Source: Octopus vulgaris
Lineage: Eukaryota
Assembly: GCA_951406725.2 (NCBI GenBank)
Contig: OX597825.1
Span: forward strand, 59,334,001-59,398,000
Length of the DNA: 64,000 bases
Direction of reading: 5' to 3'
The notes below the pieces were generated by a model. It did no database searches. It was not told the origin of the DNA and saw only the letters and a program-made list of their open reading frames with translations. Shown here piece after piece: positions 25,654 to 37,436 of this stretch (position 1 is its first letter; each line of letters begins with the position of its first letter). The position numbers were made by a program, and so were the translations under genes.

Positions 25654-26386
25654 AGCTGAATTGCTTTCAATACAATTATTAAGAACAAGTAAAATTAAAT
25701 AGGAAGAGTTTAAATATTTCATTGCAGTGAAAGAGCGTGGACTAGAGATAATTTCGTTCGGCTTATGGTCATATGGTCGAGTGTTCGATTCTTGGATCAG
25801 GCTGTGTGTGTCCTTCTGTAGGCACATCATTTCATACGGCTCCACTCTGTTCGGCGGTTAGTAAGTACTCACCGAATGATTTTGTATATCTCTCTCCTTC
25901 TCCAGTTGTTACTTCTTGGATGTTTTACAAGGTCAGATGTGAAGGGGTCAAGTACTTATATGTCTGCTTGCCAATTGACAGACGCTTGAAACAATTACCG
26001 AGAGTACAGTACATGTTACTAACTTGAAAAACTGTATGTGTGGTAATAATGTTTACCTCATCTTCAGAGGGTCACATTTCTAAAGGCATTCAGAACAACG
26101 GATTGAAATCATTTGCTCGACCTAAGAGAAAAGGCCACCAATCTCTCTCAAATCAAAACGTACAATCATAGAAAGAATGAAAGAAAGAAAGCGGAAATGA
26201 AGGGAAGAAGAGAGAAAAGAAAGAAAAAAGGAAAGAAAGAAAGAAAAAAGAATAAAGAGTCAGGCTCAAAGGCACAAATATTGCTGTTCTGGATTTGGTC
26301 CTACAACGCAACACTTTGGGCAAGTATCTTCTATTGTAGTCAATGAATTTTTACAAACTATGAATGGAAATTTGGTAGACGACACT

Positions 26387-26488
<102 letters not shown>

Positions 26489-26842
26489 TAATTTCTGTTA
26501 TTCTCTTTATATATAATTATGTATGTATGTCATTATTCCGTTTGTTTCAAGATTTCTTGCCAATAGAGACAGAACCGGTTTCTAACCAAGTATAACGGCT
26601 CCTTCATTGGAGTTCCAACATCAACAACAGGGTATTTTTGTATGTATGTATGTATGTATGTATGTATGTATGTGCAGATTTGTATGTTTTATGTATGTAT
26701 TCTCATGCATATAGTTACATATCTAGACATGCTCATATATATTTAAATGATAAACTTCTGGAAAGTTTTACGGATTTTTACAGTTCCAGTGATAGATTGG
26801 ATCTGTAGCCTTCGAATGTATGTATGTATGTATGTATGTATT

Positions 26843-26950
26843 CACTCTGATGAAGCTCCATGTTCCAGATCAGATGTATTACAAAATACGACGGATATTT
26901 TCAATGGCAAGGCAATCGAACATTGGAAGCAGAAACGGCTGTTAGATGGG
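26843..26950 (+). ncRNA. hammerhead-like motif with long stem II insertion
   Basis: CTGATGA(26847)-AGCTCCATGTTC...GAACATTGGAAGCA-GAAA(26932)-CGGCTG-TT. Confidence 0.5.
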
Positions 26951-27222
26951 ATAAGGTCTTTGTATTAGAAAATAATAATCGATGTTAGTCAATTATTGTT
27001 GATCAATATTTGTCCATTTTCTGTTTACTATAAATTTGATTCATGATAAACTCATGTTTATATTTGTCATTACCTGTAACCTATCAGAATAATATGTTTG
27101 CATATGTATGCCTAGGGTTAACATCGGTAATTATACCGGTAGTAAAACGAATATTTTTATCCCTTAGACGGTTATTCTAACCTCTAACTCTACTAACCTT
27201 ATGTGTGTGTATGTGTGTGTGC

Positions 27223-27516
27223 AGTGATTAGAATAACCGACTCATGATCGTAAAGTCGTGAGTTCGATTTCCGACGGCGCGCTGTGTCCTTGAGCAAAAC
27301 ACTTTATATTTCACCTTGGTCCAGTTCACTCAGCTGGTAAAAATGAGTAGTATCTGTATTTCAGAAGGGCCAGCCTTCACACATTCTGTATCTCGCTGAA
27401 TCTCCATGAGAACTATGTTAATGGTACGCGTGTCTGTGGAGTGCTCAGCCACTTACACGTAAAATTTCACAAGCAGGTAGTTCCGTTGATCGGATCAACT
27501 GGAACATTCTTCGTCA
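27223..27516 (+). mobile_element. chimeric SINE: family C head plus tail shared with family D
   Basis: Head as 29314; tail CGCTGAATCTCC...GATCGGATCAACTGGAAC as 48580-48700. Confidence 0.75.
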
Positions 27517-27548
27517 GTGTATACACAACACATACGCACATACTTACA

Positions 27549-27595
<47 letters not shown>

Positions 27596-27947
27596 GTATA
27601 TATATACATTATATATATACATATACATATATATATATATATACATATATACACACATAGCATATATATATAGTAGAAATAAGTTACGAAAAGAAAATAT
27701 AAAATACACGTGCAAATGTAAGGGTAAAATATGAAAAATCAACGAAAATGCATATTGCAAATAGAAAAAGTCCATTTATGACAGGTAACGACAAATATAT
27801 ACATTTAGATGGACTGAGGTAGTAATAAGAGTCATAAAGGTCATTAGTATGAGATGATTATAAGATGATAATAAAGAGAACAAAACGAACCAATGCTTTA
27901 CGCAAACTATTCATCGTTTGAACAACACCGCTTAATATATATATATA

Positions 27948-28197
27948 TTGTAATAATGAAGTCAAACTAAATAGTGGTATTTTGAATTCATTTAATACGC
28001 ACATTTCAAGCTTGCGTAATATATGTAATAAGTAAACAGGAGTGGCTGTGTGGTAAGTAGCTTGTTTAACAACCACATGGTTCCGGGTTCAGTCCCACTG
28101 CGTGGCACCTTGGGCAAGTGTCTTCTACTATAGCCTCGGGCCGACCAAAGCCTTGTGAGTGGATTTGGTAGACGGAAACTGAAAGAAGCCCGTCGTA

Positions 28198-28228
<31 letters not shown>

Positions 28229-28558
28229 GCGTGTGTGTGTTTGTGTGTCTGTATTTGTCCCTCTAGCATTGCTTGACAACCGATGCTGGTGTGTTTATGT
28301 CCCCGTTACTTAGCGGTTCGGCAAAAGAGACCGATAAAATAAGTACTGGGCTTACAAAAGAATAAGTCCCGGGGTCGAGTTGCTCGATTAAAGGCGGTGC
28401 TCCAGCATGGCCGCAGTCAAATGACCGAAACAAGTAAAAGAGTATGCATTACGTAAACTTTCCTCAGTTAAAGTATTACAATAATTTGGAGTAGTTTGTT
28501 ATATGTCACTCGTGTCGAAAATTCCGGTACCGTGCCCCGATTCTTAGCATAACACGAA

Positions 28559-28560
<2 letters not shown>
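27948..28560 (-). mobile_element. HHR-bearing about 200-bp element interrupted by a SINE A
   Basis: 27948-28037 plus 28444-28560 aligns with 31049-31250. Confidence 0.8.
28038..28443 (+). mobile_element. SINE family A, full length
   Basis: Consensus-like copy. Confidence 0.93.
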
Positions 28561-28627
<67 letters not shown>

Positions 28628-28639
28628 GCGTGGGGGTGG

Positions 28640-28848
28640 GGAAATGTGCTTGAAAGCTCCTGGCTTTAAGGGTATCGTGAAAGGCCCGGTTGAAGCCCCA
28701 ACCCTCCGAGTACTTTTACAGGGATTAGAAAACCCGAAGGACCGCTGCAATAAGTGTGAATCTGAGAGGAGAATAAAACCATAATTAACTGATCGTCGTG
28801 TGTTTTTTTTTTACCCAAAGTCAAGCAACTTTTCAGCATCCCTTCGTG
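28640..28848 (+). mobile_element. mariner-derived MITE (about 210 bp)
   Basis: TIR-like GTGCTTGAAAGCTCCTGGCTTT ... AAAGTCAAGCAACTTTTCAGCATC; copies at 31268 and 48105. Confidence 0.8.
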
Positions 28849-28917
<69 letters not shown>

Positions 28918-29313
28918 GGTAAAGATTATTTGCCAACCTAATGTGGCAGTTTGGGACGAATGCTACTGTTGTTTAACCCCAGGAGAGATCGTCTCCAGCT
29001 GCCCTTCTTCGGCACAGAATAACTGTTTGGTTGACATGGTGCTGCTAAACACTTTAGCTATCTGTTGCTTATAAGATCGTTACCTTTTCTATTCTTCCTC
29101 CTCTCTGCGTCTTATTTTTAGTCCATATGTATGCACCAAGTGATTTTTGCATACGGGCAGGATTGCATATACATATGTATATGTGTATTTGTGTGTATAT
29201 TAACGCTTTGCATTTATATGTCTGCATATGTATGTGGTCTGTGTACATCTATCTGTGTATTTTGATGTATATATGTATATTGATGGTTTAGTATGAGTAT
29301 ATCCTGTTGTGAA

Positions 29314-29644
29314 GGCGCATGGCTCAGTGGTTAGAGCGTCGAGCTTACGATCGTGAGGTTGTGAGCTCGAATTCCGGACCGGGCTGCGTGTTGAGTTCTT
29401 GAGCAAGGCACTTTATTTCATGTTGCTCCAGTTCACTCAGCTGTAGAGATGAGTTGCGACATCACTGGTGCCAAGCTGTATCGACCTTTGTCTTTCCCTT
29501 GGATAACACTGGTGGCGTGGAGAGGGGAGGCTGGTATGCATGGGCGACTGCTGGTCTTCCATAAACAACCTTGCCCGGACTTGTGTCTAGGAGGGTAACT
29601 TTCTAGGTGCAATCCTCTGGTCATTCATGACCGAAGGGGATCTT
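29314..29644 (+). mobile_element. SINE family C, full length with 14-bp TSD
   Basis: TSD TATCCTGTTGTGAA at 29300-29313 and 29645-29658; tRNA-Arg-like loop TTACGAT. Confidence 0.93.
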
Positions 29645-29929
29645 TATCCTGTTGTGAAATATTTTAACATATTTTAATTTTTATGTATTAATTGTATCAA
29701 TCGAATTATATTTCTATATAATTAATGACAAAATGTATTTTGAATCCGCTCTTCGATTTAAGGTTTTTCCTCGATTTTTTTTTATAATTTATAATTTATA
29801 TTGAATTCATTTATTTTGTTTATTGCATGCTTAAGACCGTTATTTGAAAGGACCAATGAAACAAATCCATTTTTAAAGGTGTATCCTTTAACTAGTTTTG
29901 ATCAAATTGTTATTTCTGTTCTATTTTAA

Positions 29930-30074
29930 TAAAACTGTCCGACGAACGGGAACGTGAAACTCTGAGCAACAGCTTTTGTTATATTTCTGCTGCTTCTAAA
30001 TAAAGCATATTACTCTACCTCTGGTATTTGAGTACTCTTTTTTCCACCTTGTTTCACATTTATGTGCTTACTCC

Positions 30075-30076
<2 letters not shown>
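29930..30076 (+). mobile_element. PLE-type terminal repeat with CCGACGA HHR variant (29935-29972)
   Basis: Related to 32552-32770 and 58228-58325; ends at (TA)n. Confidence 0.75.
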
Positions 30077-30116
<40 letters not shown>

Positions 30117-30583
30117 TTCATATATATATGTATATATACACACAAAAGCTTATATGTATATATATATACACACAAACGCTTATATGTATATTTATACACA
30201 CACGAACAACTCATATTTATATACACACCCATATAAACACAGAGAGGCAGTCAGTTGGCATAACCATCAGAACCGGATACATTGCTTTGCAGTTATCGTT
30301 CCGGCTCATTACGCTCTGAGTTCAAATCACACCCAAATCAACTTTACCTTGCATCTTTGGGGTAGATAATCAAATACCAGTCCTGTACTTGAGCCGATTC
30401 CCCTCCTCTTCCTTCTGTTATTGTTGTTGGTGGTGATGGTCTTCTTCTTCTTCTTCTTCTTCTTCTTCTTCTTCTTCTTCTTCTTCTTCTTCTTCTTCTT
30501 CTTCTTCTTCTTCTTCTTCTTTTTCTTTTTCTTCTTATTATTTTTCGTTCTCTCTACGCCGCACACACACACACACACACACA

Positions 30584-30627
<44 letters not shown>

Positions 30628-30834
30628 ACTTTGCTTATGGAATATATTGGCTGTGATCAGACCTGTAGGAGGATGGGTCCCAGGAGTTCTGAAAACACCA
30701 AAGTCAGGCCGTATGTCATGACAGCACCTGCATGACTTCATGTACAGGCGTGTGCATAGTGCACACAACACATACGCACATACACACATGCAGATATATA
30801 CATACATATATATATATATATATATAAACATATA

Positions 30835-31045
30835 TTTTCTCTCTTTTTTTTAATTTTCTCTCGTTTTATTTTTATTTTCTCTCTTTGTTTATTTCTGTGT
30901 TCCTTTCTGTTGATGAGCGTAGGCTCGAAGCGTATAAGACTTTCTCACTTCCCGAACGTTAAACTAATACATCTATTTGTTGTTTACATATCCGTCTTCG
31001 TCTTTTGTTTTGTTTATTTTTTCTTTGTAAATTCCAGCTATATAA
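30835..31045 (+). mobile_element. Neptune-like PLE terminal repeat, diverged
   Basis: CTGTTGATGAGCGTAGGCTCGAAGCGTATAAGAC...CTAATACATCT...CTTCGTCTTTTG. Confidence 0.8.
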
Positions 31046-31048
31046 ATA

Positions 31049-31250
31049 GTTGTGATAATGAAGTCAAACTAAATAGTGGTAACATGAAATAATTTAATAC
31101 GTACGTTTCAAGTTTGCGTAATTTACAAGTAAGGCATACATTACGTAAACCTTCCTCAGTCGAAGTATTTCAACGATTTGGAAGGGTTTGTTATATGTTG
31201 TTCGACTCGAAAATTCCAGTACTGTTCCTCGCTTCTTAACGTAACACAAT
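31049..31250 (-). mobile_element. HHR-bearing element (HHR 31093-31164, 13-bp stem II)
   Basis: Minus strand: CTGAGGA-AGGTTTACGTAAT...ATTACGCAAACTT-GAAA-CGTACG-TA-TTAAA. Confidence 0.8.
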
Positions 31251-31267
31251 ACACACACACACACATA

Positions 31268-31480
31268 TACGAGGGGTGATGTGCTGAAAAGTTCCTGGCC
31301 TTAAGGGTATCGTAAAAGGCCTGGTTGAAGACCCAATCTTACGCGTTCTTTTACATGTATTAGAAGACTGTTGCGATAAGTGCATGAATCTGAGAGGGGA
31401 ATACTTTGAATAAAATCATAATTAACTGATCCTCCTGTGTTTTCTTTCACCCAAAGCCAGGAACTGCCCAGCATCCCTTA
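31268..31480 (+). mobile_element. mariner-derived MITE
   Basis: TACGAGGGG...GCTGAAAAGTTCCTGGC ... GCCAGGAACTGCCCAGCATCCC. Confidence 0.8.
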
Positions 31481-31923
31481 ATGGTTGTGTGTATGTGTGT
31501 GTGTATGCGTATACACACACATTCACCCGTGTGTGTGTTTGTATAATACTTAGGGGTTTGGATAAATTAAGGCGAATTAACTTAGACTCACGTACACGCT
31601 GGTTTGGCTAAGCTAATTACCCGGGAAAACTTCCAGTTAGTTGAACAGGTTAATTTAGCAGCCCATACAGAGTCAAGCAGTTGTTTGCTGGTCTCGGGTA
31701 TCCTGCAAATCCGTGGTGTGTATCAAAAACACACCTGACTCATATTACGCAGTGTAATAACTTAGCAAACAAAAACGCATATGCGTGTACATCTGTGTAT
31801 AACTATATGAATATAGTTCTACAGGCTTTTCAATAGCATGACTGAAACCATGCCATTGAAACGCGTTTAGTTATGCTTTAAACTATCCATTCGCTTTTGC
31901 TTAATACACTCACGCACACACAC

Positions 31924-32001
<78 letters not shown>

Positions 32002-32202
32002 ACATATCGCACCTCATTTCAATTAACGTGCACATAAAGGCATAGCCCAAACTGCCTGTTATGTTGTTGTACACTTTTAGTGATTAAATAAATCGCTTAA
32101 ATGAACTAAAATTATATAAATACTCATTAAGCAAATTACATACGCACATACACGCACGCACAAAAGCCCCCCCCCCCACATATACAAACATACATCTCAT
32201 AT

Positions 32203-32366
32203 TTGATAGGGCACAGATAGTGTGTCTATAGCCAGCTGGAGGAGATATCTTCCTGGGGCTACAAACTACAGTAGCATCCACCCTTAGGGGTTAGCCATAT
32301 TCAAATGGCAAATATGCGTCACGATGTGTTACCGCTGCTGTTTATAACTCACTCTGAGATTTATCA
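32203..32366. repeat. unclassified dispersed repeat (copy at 40067-40228; related inverted fragments near 28925-29005 and 4730-4810)
   Basis: Shared GATAGGGCACAGA...GCCAGCTGGAGGAGAT.TCTTCCTGGGGCTACAA. Confidence 0.75.
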
Positions 32367-32419
<53 letters not shown>

Positions 32420-32551
32420 CCTCCATCCATCATTTCATCCTTCCATTTGTACATACCTACATACATACATGTCATATGTACACACATATATATAATATAT
32501 ATATACATATATATGTGTGTGCCCACACACGCACTCACACAACTAAGGATA

Positions 32552-32770
32552 TGAATGCTAAACAAGGTGGAAAACTATATAGTACTCGAATATCTAAGGT
32601 AGAGTAATATAGTTTTATTAAAGTTGCAAATTTTCACAAAACTGTTACTCAGAGTTTCACGGTTCCGTTCGTCGGACAGTTGTGGTGAGTTTTCATCACA
32701 GATGTCCAACGAACGGGAGCGTGAAGTTCTGAATAACAGATTTATGAAACTTTTGCACTTTTAATAAGAG
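32552..32770. mobile_element. fold-back double-HHR element (CCGACGA family)
   Basis: Inverted arms about 32615-32679 and 32703-32768. Minus HHR 32642-32679: CTGT-CCGACGA-ACGG AA CCGT-GAAA-CTCTGAG-TA-ACAG. Confidence 0.8.
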
Positions 32771-32781
32771 TACATACATAC

Positions 32782-32843
<62 letters not shown>

Positions 32844-32976
32844 TTGGACTAATGAGTATACGTCAATTAGTGTGCTGAAATGTTGAGTAGAGCACTGGCA
32901 CAGTTTGGGCTATCCTTCTTTATATATAATGAGTTATACGATTCCATCTTCTGTTTACTTAATCGATTGTATATAT

Positions 32977-33042
<66 letters not shown>

Positions 33043-33046
<4 letters not shown>

Positions 33047-33241
33047 CGCTAGCTTCTGCACGCATTTTTTCTCTCCTTGTTTCTCTCCGTGTTTCTTTTC
33101 TGTATATCTTTCTGTTGAAGAGCGTAGGCTCGAAACGTAAAAGACTTGTTTTATTCATATTCCTGAGCGTCATACTAATACAATTGTTTGTTTGTACTCC
33201 ACCTTCCTTCGTCTTTAGTTTATTTTCATAAAGCTTCCCGT

Positions 33242-33244
<3 letters not shown>
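33043..33244 (+). mobile_element. Neptune-like PLE terminal repeat (solo), HHR 33107-33144
   Basis: Matches 47855-48065; flanked on both sides by (TA)n. Confidence 0.88.
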
Positions 33245-33296
<52 letters not shown>

Positions 33297-33555
33297 ATTA
33301 TATATTTACGCGGTCTGTGATATTAAGAGTTATGTGATTTGTGGAAACACGCGTAGAGTTGGATTAAATGTCTATACATCAAAGGGGTGTTGCAATTATT
33401 ATTATATTTACTCTACATTATATCGGTACAACTCGATGCAACCCCAAAAATTTGGTTCACCAGTCAGCATCATTAGTCTGTTGCCGACATAATGGAATGG
33501 GAGCTTTAATTTGCATATTCAGAACGTTTTCTATTAACAAATTCAAAATGTCTAA

Positions 33556-33648
<93 letters not shown>

Positions 33649-34032
33649 GATACTTATACACACACACACACATACATGAATCCATGCACATACGTGTGTC
33701 CAAACAGTCACATAGCTGGTAGCTGACTCTGAAACCGGTGTTAAAAAAATAGGCAACCTAACTTCCTACCTACATACCAGCCAGCCAACCAGCCAGCCAG
33801 CCAGCTACCCACCCAGTCAGCCTTTAGTAGTTAACGACGTTCAATGAAGTGGCGCCGTGTTAAATGCATTATAGCATCGTATTTCATAGCAGCATGACGG
33901 AATTTCATTGCGTACGTCTTCACCCGAGACATATATCACTTGTGTTATTACTGTAGTTGTTGTTTTGCCGTTTGTTGAGTTGCAGTAGTAACATTTCTTC
34001 TGCAGTTATGCAGTTATTAGCTGAAACAGCTG

Positions 34033-34197
<165 letters not shown>

Positions 34198-34294
34198 TAT
34201 ATAACAAGATATAAAAATATATATGTAGCATATTATATATTTAGTACGTATGGTATATTAATATAAATATAGCTACAAATATATATATTTACCT

Positions 34295-34338
<44 letters not shown>

Positions 34339-34389
34339 GATACATATACATACATACATGCATATATATACGTATATATATATATTATA

Positions 34390-34430
<41 letters not shown>

Positions 34431-34532
34431 CGTTTTCGGATTTGGTTTATATGAATTCGTGTGTTGAACCGGTGAGTGTGTTACATTATAAGGTACAGAA
34501 AGAAAATGACTCTCCCCAGACACAACAGTATG

Positions 34533-34599
<67 letters not shown>

Positions 34600-34604
34600 T
34601 CAAA

Positions 34605-34795
34605 ATGTGACCGCGTGTGTACCGTTGGCGATTTTTTTCCTCCGTATTCTTTTCTCTGGATCTTTCCTTTTCCTATGTTTCTGACGAAGAGCTCCGCTCG
34701 AAACGTTAAACCCTCCTTCTTTCCTTCCTTCCTGAGCGTCCAATAATACTATATTTGTTCCACGTCCTCGCGTTGTTGTGTTTTCATGTTTAGAT

Positions 34796-34800
<5 letters not shown>
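34605..34800 (+). mobile_element. PLE terminal repeat, sister family with canonical HHR 34677-34711
   Basis: GTTT-CTGACGA-A-GAGC TCC GCTC-GAAA-CG-TT-AAAC; inverted copy at 45876-46091. Confidence 0.85.
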
Positions 34801-34888
<88 letters not shown>

Positions 34889-34890
34889 GC

Positions 34891-34956
<66 letters not shown>

Positions 34957-34958
<2 letters not shown>

Positions 34959-36241
34959 AGGCATACCTCGACTTAAGTCATTTCGATTTAAGTCGTTCTC
35001 AACTATACGTGAGTTTCCAAAAATAATATATGGAAAAATAAAAATCAAGTTAAGTCATTTTACTCGATTTTACGTCTGTCCGCCACAAATATTGGAATCG
35101 TAAAATCACAAGAAAACCTTTATAAGCACATACAATCATGTTACAATGTTACAATGTTAAAATTATTTGCATAGGAGTGGCTGTTGGTAGGTAGCTTGTT
35201 TACCATCCTCATGGCTCCGGGTTCAGTCCCGCTGCGTGGCACCTTGGGCAAGTGTCTTCTACTATAGACTCGAGCCGAACAAAGCTTTGTGAGTGGACTT
35301 GGTATGCGGAAACCGAAAGAAGCCCGTCGTATATATGTATATGTGTGTGTGTGCCTGTATGTTTGTGTGTCTGTGTTTGTCCCCCTAGCATTGCTTGACA
35401 ACCGATGCTGGTGTGTTTACGTCACCGTAACTTAGCGGTTCGGCAAAAGAGACCGATAGAATAAGTACTAGGCTTACAAAGAATGAGTCCTAGGGTCGAT
35501 TTGCTCGACTAAAGGTGGTGCTCCAGCATGGCCGCAGTCAAATGACTGAAAGAAGTAAAAGAGTATATATCTAAAAAGGTCTTTCTATGTTCGAGGATAT
35601 GAATCCAAATGCTCAACATTTTCCCAAGATTATGGGGTCTTGTCACGAAACTTTTGCTCCTTATAATGTAATCCGTGAGGAAAAGAAGAAGACAGTTCAA
35701 GGAATTCTCAACTGATTTTTTAAACGCATCGAACAAGAACAGCCAGATTCAGCTGTCGATGTTGACGATCCACAGCCATCTCCATCCGCGATGTAAACCA
35801 CCAAATTGTATGTACTTATTGGTAAATTTAAAATAATTTAGTTTTTTTACTATTGCAAAATAGTAATAATTACTGAATTTGTTTTTAAGCTTAAAAAAGG
35901 CTTTTATTTTACCATGTCTTATTGCAAACAGCATTCGTAAATAGAGTGTCCGTGATGTACAGTAAACACCGCGAAATTGTATTCGGAAAGTTAGATTACA
36001 TTTTGTTTTTACTGTACTGTATTAAAAAATAAAAATCATTTGTTGTAAGCTTAAAATAGGTTTTTCTAAACCATGTATTATTGAAAATGCATTCATAAAT
36101 AAAATACTGAACTGCGAGTGGTTATTATCGGTTTAGCCTAGAGACAAGTAAATTCGGCCTAGTCTAGCCCAGAATAAGTTAATTCAACTCAAGTCGTGTC
36201 TCCTGGAACCAATTAACGATGTGGGGTGCAGTATTCCTGTA
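34957..36241 (+). mobile_element. Tigger/pogo-like deletion derivative carrying a SINE A
   Basis: Left TIR CAGGCATACCTCGACTTAAGTC and decayed right end ...TATTCCTGTA. Pogo C-terminal remnant FEDMNPNAQHF...YNVIREEKKKTVQ. Confidence 0.7.
35171..35563 (+). mobile_element. SINE family A, full length
   Basis: Consensus-like copy. Confidence 0.92.
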
Positions 36242-36251
36242 TATATATATA

Positions 36252-36354
36252 AGTGTAGCTGTGTGGTTCCAGGCTCAGTCCCACTGTGTGGCACCTTGGG
36301 GAAGTGTCTTCTACTAAAAGGTGGTGCATCAGCATGGCCGCAGCTCTGAGCCGA

Positions 36355-36359
<5 letters not shown>
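36252..36359 (+). mobile_element. SINE family A, internally deleted (head fused to LINE-like tail)
   Basis: GGCACCTTGGGGAAGTGTCTTCTACTAAAAGGTGGTGCATCAGCATGGCCGCAGCTCTGAGCCGAAAC. Confidence 0.7.
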
Positions 36360-36432
<73 letters not shown>

Positions 36433-36440
<8 letters not shown>

Positions 36441-37070
36441 GAATTTGTGTGTGTATCTGTGTGTGGTGCGCATGTTCCTTATGAATTCGAAAAGCGAGTT
36501 GCCGATTTTGACGTATGAGGTATCAAAAGATTGAGTATTCTTTCGACTACGAAATAAAATATGTTTTTTGCACAACAACTCTTTTTTTACTGCAAAAATA
36601 ATCTCGAAAATGCGGTCGGGTCACACAATTTTGAGATCATTTTTCGTGCAATATTTGGATTTGCTTCTAATCTACGTTGCCAATTTTAATGATTTTGGTG
36701 TCAATTTTAATGTTGGGGGTGCTGATTCCGGTGATGTAGTGGTGATGAGAACGTTTGTGATGCTCAAATCCCTATATGTCAACAGGAAATGACCCAAAAA
36801 TATGATTTTTTTTGGCACAAGTATTGGCATATTTTACGTACCACCCACTTCCGCTTTTTTTCTCAACATTTCTTAGGATTTCTATGTTTTCGAATTAGAA
36901 TACGATTTTGCTCAACAATCACGTTTTCATAAGTTTAATTTCCTCCCTCCCCTTCCAATTTCTTAATTTTTTACTTTTTTCAAAATTTTTTTTTAATCCA
37001 CGTAGAAAAATACAGAGATGCGAATCAGGGAGACTTTTTTAAAATTTTAATTTTTCTTAAAAAAACACTT
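36433..37070 (+). mobile_element. possible non-autonomous Helitron/DINE-like element
   Basis: 5' architecture TATAAAA-(GT)n-...CCGATTTTGACG resembles HINE starts; no diagnostic 3' end seen. Confidence 0.35.
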
Positions 37071-37074
37071 AATG

Positions 37075-37406
37075 TCCCACACTCACCAGATTAAGTGCCT
37101 TCAGACTATCATCTCTTCAGCGCCACAAAAGAGGGTTTGAGAGGCAAACATTATTCCAGTGACGAGGAAGTGAAAACTGTAGTGAAGAAGTGGCTCAAAG
37201 AACAGTCAACAGAATTTTACCGGGCAGAGATACATGCTCTCATTCGAAGGTGGAACATTGCTATTCAGAGAAACAGTGACTATGTTGAGAAGTAGGGATG
37301 TGATCCACAGAGGACCAGCTTCATTTTGATGTATGATACATGTTCCTCTGTTGGTAATTATACCCGTCCTAAACAAAATGGCCTTACTTTTTGACCCACC
37401 CTCGTA
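37075..37406 (+). mobile_element. mariner 3' fragment
   Basis: PSDYHLFSATKEGLRGKHYSSDEEVK...WLKEQSTEFY...RWNIAIQRNSDYVEK*, then TIR TTACTTTTTGACCCACCCTCGTA. Confidence 0.9.
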
Positions 37407-37436
37407 TGGATTTAAAAATATGTATATAGTTAGCAA

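Noticed and set aside
31592-31702. Open 111-nt AG...GTGAGT segment on the minus strand (IPETSKQLLDSVWAAK...)
   Set aside because: Weak polypyrimidine tract and no recognisable protein family; compatible with chance.
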